Source: Seison nebaliae
Taxonomy: Eukaryota
Assembly: GCA_023231475.1 (NCBI GenBank)
Contig: JALJEE010001112.1
Coordinates: 1-64,000, forward strand
Direction of reading: 5' to 3'
DNA length: 64,000 nucleotides
Below, one piece after another: positions 1 through 17,469 of the stretch (position 1 is the first letter of the stretch; every line of letters begins with the position of its first letter). The position numbers were made by a program, and so were the translations under genes. The notes beneath the pieces are model-generated. The model searched no databases. It was not told where the DNA came from and saw only the letters and a list, made by a program, of their open reading frames with translations.

Positions 1-273
1 CTCCAATTGAAATATTCGTCTTCTCAATCAACTCACTCAATACTTCTTCCCTCACAAATTATTTATGAAGCTCAACGTCGTTTATTCTCAACAAATTACG
101 AATATGACAATACAATGGAATATCAATTAAACCAAATTGAAATTGACGCATTCAAACATCTGACATATTGGTTGAGATGTTGTAAAACATTTGAAAAGTC
201 AACTCATAATCCATCCATAGAAAACATTAGAGAATTTTACTTGAAATTACTTATTAATGTCAACAACGCTTAA
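1..273 (+). CDS. 3' end of an unknown gene running in from the left edge
   Basis: Open frame from base 1 to TAA at 271-273 with coding-like composition, followed by AT-rich spacer; no recognisable motif. Confidence 0.45.
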   Translation, partial: LQLKYSSSQSTHSILLPSQIIYEAQRRLFSTNYEYDNTMEYQLNQIEIDAFKHLTYWLRCCKTFEKSTHNPSIENIREFYLKLLINVNNA

Positions 274-682
274 GAAAATATTATTATTTTTTTTGTTTTC
301 TAATAATTTATCAAAATTGAATAATTTAATATAAACTAAATTAAAATTCGATCTTTCTTTATCGATCATATTTAATCAATAAATGATTCTTTATAAAAAT
401 AAAATTATATTAAATAATTTCAATTTTTAGAAAAGTTATTTTTTTACATTTCTTATTCAAAACTGAGTAATTTGAATCTCTGTCTAGATTAATTATAAAC
501 ATATATATCAAATTAACTAACATAATAACTTTCATATTAAACAATAAATTGAAATAGTTTACTTTTTATGTTGTCGGAGGGAGTTTTATTTGAGAAACAG
601 TTCAATTTGATTAATAATGAAATGAGAATAATTCTAAAAAATCATAATTATTAAAATTGTTGGCCAAATAACATTTGGAGAA

Positions 683-4375
<3,693 letters not shown>

Positions 4376-4754
4376 AGAATTAATTGGAGAAAGAATCATC
4401 AACATTTAAGGATTAGAAGAAATTGGGAGAAAAATGAAATTTTTCGAATAATAAAATTTGTAAAAAAAATCATTTAATTTAACAATTTTTAAGAACAATA
4501 AAATTTGTTTTAATTTAATTTTCAATTATTTCATTTAAGAGTATTAAATTTATGAAAAAAAATTATGAGAAAATAAAATTTTCAGTATTTAAAATTGAAC
4601 GGAAAAAAGAATAGAAGAGAAATAGAATAATCCAAATTGTCATTCATTTCTATTGATTTTCTTGAGAGGATTTCATTTAAATTGAAAACAGTTCATTTTA
4701 TTAATATACTTCAACACCTGTATAGAGGAAATTATAATCAATTTAATCATTATC

Positions 4755-6464
4755 ATGTTGTCGAGAGAACGGAAAGGAGAACTCTATCGAATTAATAAAA
4801 GTATTCCTGATCCGGGAGCATATTTCCCTCGTATCCACGACGATCATCAAAGATGTGTAGGATCTAATTGGAGACTATGTCATTCAATGGCACCGTTTAA
4901 CCAATCAGCTAAACGATTTAGAGATAATGTAAAAGACGAAGGTACCGGTCTATTGGACGTTACAAGAAAACCATACACACATATAAAGAATGGGAAATTT
5001 AGTCAAAGTGTTCGTTTCAATTATAAATATAATACAAATCCGGGACCGAATCATTATTGTGGTTTACCAACCTCTTCCTTAAGACCACTTCGTGGATGTA
5101 TTAAAGATTTTGCGAAGAAAAAACCGATGAAAGCTCAATTGAGTAAAATTGTGGAACATCATGATAAAGTGGCATCAATTCCATATATTTATGGAAAATA
5201 TGGTTATGAGGGCAATGAATTAGGATATTGGACTCCAGTACTCGCCAAAGAAAGGAGACCATCATTGGTATTACTTAAGAGTAAAATTAGAAATAATTTC
5301 TTGCATAAAAATTCGAACTTCCCACAAGCCAAACGATTTAAACGAGTCACTTATTTCCCATACGTTATCGATGACAGTATGACAACTTCTCATGATGTTT
5401 ATCCGAAATCGATCGCACATCCTGAAGTGGGTGATAAGAAACCGATAACAGTCGAACCGAGAACTGATCGAATTCCAGGACAGATACAACAAGAAATAAA
5501 TTTAGCCATCAAAGAAAATATTCCTGGGCCTGCTTCATATCTCATTAAGAATGGATTAGGAACCACTAATCACACATACATGAGTACGTATATGCCAGAA
5601 ACACGAATTAAAAGTGAAAATTCTCCAACTGATTATCTGGTGCCTCGATATCCGGAACATATCATAACTAAATTAGGGAATTATCAAGTCAATTCGTTCA
5701 ATTCGACGGATAAACGTTTCAAAGATATAGCAAATTTTACACCAAATGAAGCTACTTATGTGATCCAAAGTGACATCGATAAAAAACTGGCGAAGAGTCT
5801 CTGTCATTCCAATTTGAAACCACCATTCAATACTAGTGAAGCGAGAAAATTTAGAACTCGAGGATCGCCATTAAGGAAACCGCACGAATATGTTTATCCT
5901 CCAAATTATAAACATACAGGAAAATTGAGAAAGAATTTAATGCAAGAAGAAGCACATCCGAAAGATGATCAATTATTATTAGTCGCTCGTAACGGACAAG
6001 TCATTACACAAGATTCAGATAAAGAATTAAGAAGTATATCAGAAAGGTGCGCTAAACGATATAGGAATGACAGGAAACTCGGGCCCACACTTTATAATGT
6101 GGATTGTAGTGAAAAATTAACACAACCATTTGGTAAGAGTGGTCGTCGACAATCTCCGTTAACAACGGAAGCGAAAAATCGACAAAGTTCCTTCCTTTTT
6201 AAAGCGAAAAGATTCCCCGTTCCGTTAAAACCGACGGTGGGACCAGGCGAATATACTGTAGACAGATGTCGATGTAAATTCCGGAATTATGAAGAAATTC
6301 TTCCGAATGATATAAAGACAACAATAATGACAGGACGAAGTAGGGAAAAAACTAATTATTCACCGGGACCGGCTCGATATTATGTTCAATTACCGAAGAA
6401 ATCGAAATCTTTCAATTACTTCTTCCACAAAGGTCAGGGATTGCCACCACCAGTGGAAAAATAA
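4755..6464 (+). CDS. Sperm-tail PG-rich (SHIPPO) repeat protein, STPG2-like, intronless
   Basis: 569-aa ORF with repeated PGPxxY-type motifs (PDPGAY, PGPNHY, PGPASY, VGPGEY, PGPARY) and F-x-S/T-x-x-RF elements. Confidence 0.75.
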   Translation: MLSRERKGELYRINKSIPDPGAYFPRIHDDHQRCVGSNWRLCHSMAPFNQSAKRFRDNVKDEGTGLLDVTRKPYTHIKNGKFSQSVRFNYKYNTNPGPNHYCGLPTSSLRPLRGCIKDFAKKKPMKAQLSKIVEHHDKVASIPYIYGKYGYEGNELGYWTPVLAKERRPSLVLLKSKIRNNFLHKNSNFPQAKRFKRVTYFPYVIDDSMTTSHDVYPKSIAHPEVGDKKPITVEPRTDRIPGQIQQEINLAIKENIPGPASYLIKNGLGTTNHTYMSTYMPETRIKSENSPTDYLVPRYPEHIITKLGNYQVNSFNSTDKRFKDIANFTPNEATYVIQSDIDKKLAKSLCHSNLKPPFNTSEARKFRTRGSPLRKPHEYVYPPNYKHTGKLRKNLMQEEAHPKDDQLLLVARNGQVITQDSDKELRSISERCAKRYRNDRKLGPTLYNVDCSEKLTQPFGKSGRRQSPLTTEAKNRQSSFLFKAKRFPVPLKPTVGPGEYTVDRCRCKFRNYEEILPNDIKTTIMTGRSREKTNYSPGPARYYVQLPKKSKSFNYFFHKGQGLPPPVEK

Positions 6465-6562
6465 AGAGAATAATTTATTGAAAAATGTTTATTTAAACGA
6501 AATATTTCAGTTGTCCTTTTACAACAATTTTGCACAGTAATTCTTCTCGATTCATTTAATAC

Positions 6563-8200
6563 TCAATTCGATAAATCGTTTGACTTGATCTGTGAAGTAT
6601 AATTATTTGTCAGCCATGTTTCAGGAAAACAATTGAGATATTGTTCCATTTCACCAACATTATAATTAGCATTCGTATATAATGTCGGTGTTTCCACTAA
6701 AGTTCGACGGGCATCATTCGACAACGACGGGAAGATGGGGGTATTTATGTCCACTCGACTATTTCGTATTTTTCGTTTTCGTGTTTGTATGAGTTCCTTC
6801 TTTAAAGTAATTGGACGAACAGTCTGAAATTGAAGAATGGAAAAGATTGGATGGAAAAAAATATACGAACACCATGCAATTTGAAATAGAGACCACACGC
6901 ATTACAAACAGCTTCACTTTTATTATTCCTTCTCCATAACGTTGTTTTTGATGTTCCACAATTCGTACATTTTGCATCTTTTTTCGTCGCCTGAAAAGAA
7001 TAATGGGAGAATAAATAAAATGAATTGTAAGGAAAAAAAACTAACAACTTTTCGTACATTCTTCGGTTTCGAATACGGTTTGCTAATACTAGAGAGACCG
7101 CGAGATTCATTTGCCTTATGTTTCAATTGTGGTATCGTATCGATAGTTTTTTTGTTCCCGAAATATTTCATCCAGAAATCCATATTTGAATATGAATCAC
7201 ATTTGGGTGGCAATTTCGGATAGTTCATTGTGTTATTGAGATAAGGATAAAGTTGTTCGTACGACATCAACCCAAATTGGTCATTTGTGTTCGATGGTGT
7301 ATTGTTGGTGGGTGTGGCAGATGAAGACCATGAATTGAAATTCATGGGCAATCCACACATCCAGGGTGGGAACATTTGTAGAATTTTATAACTATTATGA
7401 TTGTTGTTGTTGATTACTATTTCGCTGGTGGAATTATTGGTTGAAATTCTGATATTTCCATCTGCATTATTCTGATTTGTATGTGATAATTGAACTGCTG
7501 AATCATTCGATGTTGCCAAGGAAGATGTTGATAAACAACTTGTTGGGGTTGATCCATTAGTTGACGACGAAAGTTGTTGTGATGATGGTAATTGTGATGG
7601 TTGTGCTTGTACGACCAATGATTCGTTTGCCATCATCAATTTATTATAATCCATACAACCATCAAGTAAGTTAGTGGATGATTGGGATGCTTGTAAATTG
7701 TTAGGTAATTCACGTTTAATATTTCCATCATTATTTCGGTTAGATTGAGGGAAATGATGATTATCATTATTATTCAAATTTTCCGTTCCTGATGGAAGTG
7801 AATTGGAGAACTCGTTTCCAATTAAATTAGTTTCATTTATCAATTTTTGTTCTTCCAAATAATTCCCTTGTTGGTCTTGTTGATGTTGTTGATTTAATAC
7901 GAATGGTAATTGTTGTTGATCGAAAGTGTGCTTATCTTTCCCGAAATATTGGAGAGAATTATTCATATCTCTTTCGATATTTTCCGATTTGATAGAATGT
8001 TGTACCGAATTCTTCAAATAGAAATTACAATATTTTTCATTATTCATTTCCATATTCATCATTTGTCTATTCTCGAAACAATGTTGTTCGGGTGGAAGAT
8101 TATTGACATTATGAATTGATGAAAGATATTCCCCATCTCCAATATTCATTCCATCACCTAACGAGTTTTTCCAAAGATATCTATCATTCTGAACAGCCAT
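6563..8200 (-). CDS. GATA transcription factor (GATA4/5/6-like basic tail) with one zinc finger, 3 coding exons
   Basis: [51 protein letters not shown] after removing two short introns; long N/Q/S-rich N-terminus. Confidence 0.9.
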
Positions 8201-9295
8201 CTGCACACCAATATGAAATAGGAGAAATTTTTAAAAAATCAGTCAAAATTATTCAGGTGAAAATTATCAGTTTCTGATTGGTTCATCAATCACGATTCTT
8301 TCTAATCTACCGATATCTAATTTCTATGATGAAAAATTGAGAAAGAATTGTGGGAAATTCTATTGAGCAAACAAAAATTCTGAGCTCTCTTGAAATGAAA
8401 GTTAAATAGAAAAATCGGATTTCACTTCGAATTCGACGATCAGAAGAGAAAAGAAGAAGAATACGATATTTTAAAGACATTTCACTTTGATCGATGCCAA
8501 TTGTTCAACTTCCTCTCAATTACCTCAAAATATTATACGTTCACGCTTCTAATTATCGTCGCAATACCGACTGGGAGAACATCTTAGGGAGGAATAAGGA
8601 AGGACTCAAGCGGTATCCGAAGCATGCTGAGTGTAACTTTTAAAGTGAATTAACTGAACGTGAAGACAGGCGAAGTGCGATGATAAGATACATTAGGGAA
8701 AATAATCAAAATATTTTGCAGAAATGGCCGAGCTAAGTGTGAAAAGTGTTTTGGTTTATTTGTGTGAAATGAGCTAATCAGAAAGAATAGAATCATCTCT
8801 TCAAAACTACTTCCTTTAATCATTTTCTTCTCACCCTCATTTTCACAAGTAACGTATGAATTCCTGAAATTGTGCTCTTAACAAATCTCTACAAGAAAGA
8901 TAGATGAAGTGTATAACATTAAACCATTTCACATTTCTTCCAAACTAACTTTTTGGAATTATTATCTCTTATCTATTTTCCAATACGAACGTCTTTCGTC
9001 TCGAGGATGCACATTATTTACTATTATCATGATTATGAAATTAGAGGAAGATCAATTTGCAGCAACTCATAAAGTTGATGGTAAAAATGTCATCACATCA
9101 ATTAGTTGATGGAGAAGTTCGATTTGAAACGAAAGAAAAAATTTTTTAAGTGAACAGTTGTTACATTGATGTTCGTTAATAATCAAAATAATAGTCTTGT
9201 CAATTAACGGTTTCATTTTTCCTTTCGTTTGGTGCACTAGAGAATCGGTAGGAGGAAAAGAGCAAGTGTTCATTCGAATAAATGAGAAAAGATGG

Positions 9296-9923
9296 AGATA
9301 AGTCGATTAAAAAGATAAGAAATTATTCACACATACAAATACGATCCAATCACATTGATTGATGACGAGAAAATCGCTGGAGACAATCGTCTCCAATTTC
9401 TGCGACTGTCATAAATCAACGCTTCATTTGCTTACTTTAATTTGGATGTAGAAGAGAAGTGGGAGTCTCATTAGTGAATTGATATCTTTCGATTATGGCA
9501 TAATGGCAGTTGCTACTGGAAATGAACCATTCAACCTGACGTTCGTTATATAAGAATGAGATGCTCAGGTGGTATCAACTGCTCCTTATCTCACCACTTT
9601 GTCCATTTCACTTCAACAGATAAGTCGAAAAAAAAACAACTTATTGATTTTGGAGAATTTACCAAATAATAATAAATTGTTTCTCACCAATTCTCACCTG
9701 CTTCTCAAAAAATCTTATTGATCGATAAATATCATTTATCTTATCGATTCCACAAATAAATTTATATTATAAATTCTATAACAAGATTCTTTTTGGAAGG
9801 GAGGGTAATCTTTGGGAGAATTTACGTTCATTTTCCTAGATAAAACTTATCATAAAAGATGCGACAAAAATAAACTAAACAACTACTAAGAGATTTATCC
9901 ATTCCGTTTACTTTAGGAGATAA
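9296..9923. promoter_or_regulatory. Cluster of WGATAA sites upstream of the GATA gene
   Basis: Eight WGATAA matches (9296, 9313, 9586, 9618, 9736, 9838, 9847, 9918) in about 630 bp of non-coding sequence. Confidence 0.45.
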
Positions 9924-11653
9924 ATGAAGATGAATCGAAGACAATTTAAGATTTTTGACATTCAATAAACTTGATTCATTATTTGGAGATGAAACGATAT
10001 TTCACATTAATCATTCGAGAACGATAAAGGAATGTAGCGGAAAATGGAATGAGAATTATTTGGAATTAAACTTTGCAGTGAAGATGAGTGAGGAAGGAAT
10101 GAATGAAACATTATCCGGCATCTAGTTCCATTCGAATCATACAATTTATTCTCTAACGATCTCTAATATATACAATTCAATTACTCCTCACTTGAAGAAG
10201 ATTACTTACTGATTACTTGTCCAAGAATGTTATCAATTCAAATAGAGGTATAGTATTGAACGAAAATTTTGGGAACTTTATCATTTGCCGACCACATTCT
10301 CTTTTGATAGGGAGAGGAATGAACTGTGTAATAACTGACCTCAATAAAATATAGTTCGACGAATACATCTTTCGTCAAAGCGATTGGTGATGAAGCGAAC
10401 GATTTTTCTCAACGTCTCTCAACAGAACTAGTTTCTATAACGACATATTCCTTAGTCAATCAGCTTTCCTAGTACAAATGATTGTTGATGTCGGTTCATT
10501 TGAAGAATTTGAAAATTGACTTCATAACTCACTAGAATTCATTGGAAACTGATCGATTAAATTGACCGATGAAATTATCGGTCCAATTCCGAATTAGAAT
10601 TCGTTTCTTCGATTTCTCCCTTTTAGCGAAACTCGATAATGTCAAGAAGAGAAGATGATGGAAATAGATAACAAATTAATCACCACTTAACAAATCATTT
10701 CGATGGTATAACATGGAAATAACTGTTCGAATATTTGTGTGATTAATTGTTAATCATTTTCGAATGTGAATCATTCTTTCCCATCTTCCCATTCGATGGT
10801 CATCTATAAAATATACGAACTATCCCAAATATAATGAGTAGAAAAACCATCATAGACGTATTTTCAATTCTCGAACCCTTTTTCAAATTTTTCATTGTTA
10901 TAAATCGAATTATTTGTCGAGGTTGAAATGATAAACAAAAATTAAATAGTTCCATCTGATGATTACATAATTCCCAACATTCATAATTGAGAAGAGACAT
11001 TGTTATCGTTCGAAGTAAATAAAAATTTAAGAACAATTTCAATATATCATTTTCAAGTCTGATAATTCACCATACTAATTACACAAAAAAACCAACAAAC
11101 AATTATGTGATGAATCTTCAAATTTACATTTTTAATGAACATTTTTACAATATATTACAGTATTTAATAATACCAAGAGTTGATATGTGTCAATTCTTAT
11201 AATTCTAATTCGCTACCTACTCAAAAAATTCTAACAAGTAACAGTCTAACAAGTAAGTACATCATGAACGATAAAAAGGTATAATCATGTTTATAAGAAA
11301 CGGATAATCATTAACAACTGTTATCAAATTCCCTAAATCGTAATTAATGTCTTCCACTAATAATTCTCAATAATATTTATGTTGTTTAAGTAGTCGATAG
11401 ACTTTTTTATTAATTTCACTCATAATAGTTCCCTCCACTCTTCATTCTTAATTATTTTCACGAAGTTTATAATACATTTAATGACATCAACATGACAATG
11501 TCATCAGTCATTAATATCGTGTTATCCTCTAACATAAACAAAATAGTTGAAGATAATATTCCAGGAGCATAGTCATCATCATTATCGAAGAATTTGAAGA
11601 TGAATAATTTATTCTCGAATTATTTTTTTGTTTTTAATGAATTTTTTTTTTCA

Positions 11654-13769
11654 CTAATTTACACCCGCCGAACTTTTCCTTCGACTGTTATAAGACTCTG
11701 ATGGACCGAGCATTTCTGATGCTCCTTTATCCAGAGTCGTTTTCTTTTGTCGTCGATTACGTTCTTCATCGATAATTCTCCAAAAATCTTTCTCAGCCTC
11801 TTCCACCGTCAATCCTTCCTGTGTTTCAGCAGCTCCTTCATTTTTAGGTTCTTCGCCCTGGAAAAATATTATAAAAATAACAAGAAAAAATTTGAACTCT
11901 TTGAGATCCGATCTTTTCTTTCAATTTCATTTCTCTTTGTCGTGCTTCTAAAATTTTCTCTCGTCGAGTTTCCCTTTCAAACGCAGCCGTCATCAACGAT
12001 TTCTCATTTCTTTGTAATTGGTATAATGATTCGGATAGTTCGACTAATGTGACGGTTCCCGATTCAGACCCACAAACTAAAAATCGTCCGCTATCTTGAC
12101 ATTTGACCGAAAAGAGAGCTTCGTCCACAATATGTGTGGATATAATTGGTTCACGTTGTTTCATAATGAAATCCCATACGTCCAATGTTCCATCTTTTTT
12201 CGTCGTAAAGAAAACGGCCGGTCGAGTTTTCGACCATTTCCCATCCGTCAAATAATGCATATGAGTACTAATTATATGAGAAATGTTAATATAAAAATTT
12301 AAATGAAACTTTGTCCACATAATACATGATTCTTTCAAATCCTCAGTCCATATTCGACATGTCCAATCTCCTACAGAGAGGAAATTCTTACTGAAATATG
12401 GATTCCTCTCAATCGAATACACTGGCCCATAATGTCCAGGATAGACAGTTGCAATTTTCTCCGCATCAGTTTTTCCTTTTCGATTACAACTAATAATTTG
12501 TCCTGTACTCGTTCCCACCATAAATTTCGTTGGCTGAAAATAAAGGAAGATGAAGAAGTTGAAATTTAAAAGAAAACAATTGTCATTTCATATTCCAATG
12601 AGACACTTCCATATGCACTATTGATATCACCTCTCTTATGTTGATCTAAAATTAATGTGTCAGTTGGTGTGCCTAATTTCCTTAAATCCCACCACAACAC
12701 TTGACCGTCAGTGGATGATGAAAAGAATTCAGCGTTCGATTTAGATTGAATCCATAAAGCATTATAAGCCGGATCTATATGACTATTCTCAATTGGTGAC
12801 ATCTCCACGGGTTGAGAACCTTTTCGAATATCCCAAAAGCCTTTCACAAAAAATTTTGTTCCAATTAAATTTCTCTAAAACAAAACTCACCTACTTGTCC
12901 GTTTAGACATCCGCCCAATAAAATGTTTGCGTCTTTCGGTTGATATTCGATGGTGACTAATGGCGATAATGATTTCACTACGAAATCGGGTTTATTTGGA
13001 TTCTCTGAAAATTTAAATAAGCGAAATTTTCTATTAATGATAATTAACCTATATCCCAAATATAGGCGTCCGCTTGAGTTTGTTCAGGGAATTTATCGAA
13101 TTCCAAATTACAATAGGAAACCGCTAAATGACGTCCACCTTCTGGATGCCAACTCAAATGATTAGCAGTTCGTTTAGTTGACATGGGATCTCTAATTTTT
13201 TTTATAAATTGTAATAATAGTTAATTTTTATCAAATAATTTCAAATGAAACCGGAAGACATTTACTGTTTTCATTGACGGTGCATCTTCACTGAACAATT
13301 CTATATCGGTATCAGTGAAGAATTCTTCATAAATATTTATGGCGTTATTTTGTTTGATAACATGTTCGACATCCTTAACAATTTAATAGTTTTAATCGAT
13401 TAGATCAATCAATAAAATACTCACATTACACAATTGTGTTACACGTGTTTGATATTGTTCTTCCTTCTCAATTTTCTTCCGATGACGATGTGTTTGTTCG
13501 GGTTCGTTTGGATTAACATCTTTGGGCCAACCACCTTCTGTATGATTAACACCTTTCGTGTCACTCTCATATCGAATAGTATTGACTTCATGTTCCGAAT
13601 ATTCCGATGCAACTTGAACTGATTGATTCAATGGAGTTTTTCTTATAAACTTCTTGGCTAATGCGGCATCGGGAGCACAATCCACATGAATCTCCGCTCC
13701 AAAATCGGAGAAAAGACATTGTCTCCCGAAATCTTTTCGCTTTTTAGTATAAACATAAACTTGATCCAT
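11654..13769 (-). CDS. DNAI2: Axonemal dynein intermediate chain 2, 8 exons
   Basis: N-terminal [32 protein letters not shown]40 repeats, C-terminal [17 protein letters not shown]; 7 introns restore the frame. Confidence 0.93.
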
Positions 13770-14311
13770 ATGAGAAGGAAAAATTTATGATTTCTTTAAG
13801 TTAGAATAAATTATCTGTTTACTTATTTACCATCGCAACAAATAATATTTTCAGTGTCAAAATTAAATAATTTCATGAAATATTTCATCAACCACCAATT
13901 ACTATTTTAAGCTTTTAATACTTCTTTAATATTTTTAATAAAAATAATTTCATTTTCATTTAATAAAACGTTATTTTGACGATAAAACAACAAAATGAAT
14001 TTTTTTACCTTAAGGGAATTTTATTTTGAATAAGAAAGAAATGGAAACGACACAAATAATTACAAATTAATAAATTCCATTAACCAACTGTTGCATTCCC
14101 AATAATTCTCCTCCACTCACAGAGAGGATGATGATGAGATTGACTTAAAATGATGACATTCAAATGATGATAATAAACGAGGAGTGATGGTGCAATATCT
14201 GAAGTTTCATTTTGGGAAAAGAAATTTTAGAAATCAGTGGCGAAATTTGAGTTGAAAATAACGAAATCGTCAATTTATCATTTTACTTCCAAAGTTGTTA
14301 ATGATGTTTTC

Positions 14312-15162
14312 TTATCCACTGGATGGTGTAACAACATTATCATTCACATCATCAGCACCAGTCGACGCTCCTCCAGATGAGATGTATTCCTTTAATTGCT
14401 GATCTAATTTCTCGACTGTTATTGCTTCTTTCTTGTTCGATTTCCATCCATTTGTTCCATTCGTTGTACTCGTACTGTTATTGAGTCGTTTCATCTCTTT
14501 CTGACGAGGATTACTTTCACCACCAGCTGTAATTATATCAATAAAATAAGAAGAATTGAATGAAAAATAAGAATAAAATGAAGAAATAAACATCTTGATA
14601 AAGTTGGTGGTAATGACAATTTCATTGGTCTTCGATCTAATAAAACATTTTGGTACGATTCAAGAGCACGTAATGCACTCTCCTTATTCCGGTATATGAC
14701 ATGTCCCGAACCTAAAGAACGACCTGTCTCGTCATAATGAATACTTGCACGTTCCATTCCGCGAAATTCTCGAAATAGTTCCTAAGAAGAAATGAAAGAT
14801 AAATGGAGAAATGTAGACGAACTGTCAAATCTTCTGTACTGACGGCGAAATCTAAATTGTTCACTTCCAATCGAACTCTTCCAAATTGACGCGATTGTGA
14901 CGATGGAAAATTTCTGGGAGGACCAAACTAATAGATTTGTTGGAGAGGTTGGCAGGCGCACACATCAAGAAAAACCATCAAATATTTATTCGAAAAATTT
15001 TGTACAAACATTCCTCCTCGATGGGAAACCACGAGTATTCTGTCTTCCGATTCCTCTTGTCGAATTTGGTTGAGAACGAGTGAAATTATTTCGCTTCCTA
15101 TTCTTCTTCGAATCCTGAATCATATCATCTAAACTACGATCAACATCCATTTCACTTGCCAT
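14312..15162 (-). CDS. ALYREF: mRNA export adaptor ALYREF/THOC4, 4 exons
   Basis: N-terminal DRSLDDMI box, RRM (VNNLDFAVSTEDL..ASIHYDETGRSLG), C-terminal EKLDQQLKEY box. Confidence 0.9.
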
Positions 15163-15598
15163 TGTTGTTGAAGGGTCGAGATTGCCAAAAAAGGTTCGTT
15201 AGGAAATGTTCTTCAAATGAAAAAAACGAATATCTTCTTATATAGTTAAATAATTAATTCAATAAAATAGTCGTTGTCCGTTTAATTGGGAGAGACGAGA
15301 GAGAAAGAACACGAACCAAATGGACAGTATTAAAATATTGTACGTAAGTACGAGAATATTAAGTAAAAAAATTAATTTCCCAATTACACAGTTGTCGTAT
15401 TATTCATCCAATAGTCATGAGGAAAAAAATTTAATTTCAAATTTTGAGCTTTATATCATTTATAACATTATCGATAATGTGTGGAAAGCTTAAAATTTGA
15501 AAATTTTTTACGTTTAAAATATTTTTGTTTTCCGTTTCTTTTCTTCTCTTCTTATTTTAAAGATCATTCAATTTGAAGCGTTCTCTTTTGGAGTTTAA

Positions 15599-17307
<1,709 letters not shown>

Positions 17308-17469
17308 AAATTGTTATAAAATAAATTTTTTTTAATTCTATTTCAATAAAATAAACCACTCCAACAATTCTTCTTTTGAATAATCGGAAGAATTTTTTAA
17401 AAGAACAATATAAAATTTTTGCGCAAATTCATTAGAAAGAAGTGAGTTTAAGAGAAGGAGAACAAAATA

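Noticed and set aside
8560..8720. GC-richer segment with short complementary arms, possible ncRNA
   Set aside because: No recognisable RNA family motif; more likely regulatory sequence of the GATA gene
9528..9630. ATTCAACCTG as the 5' end of a variant U1 snRNA complementary to CAG|GTT donors
   Set aside because: No U1-70K loop (GATCACGAAG), U1A loop (ATTGCAC) or properly placed Sm site follows
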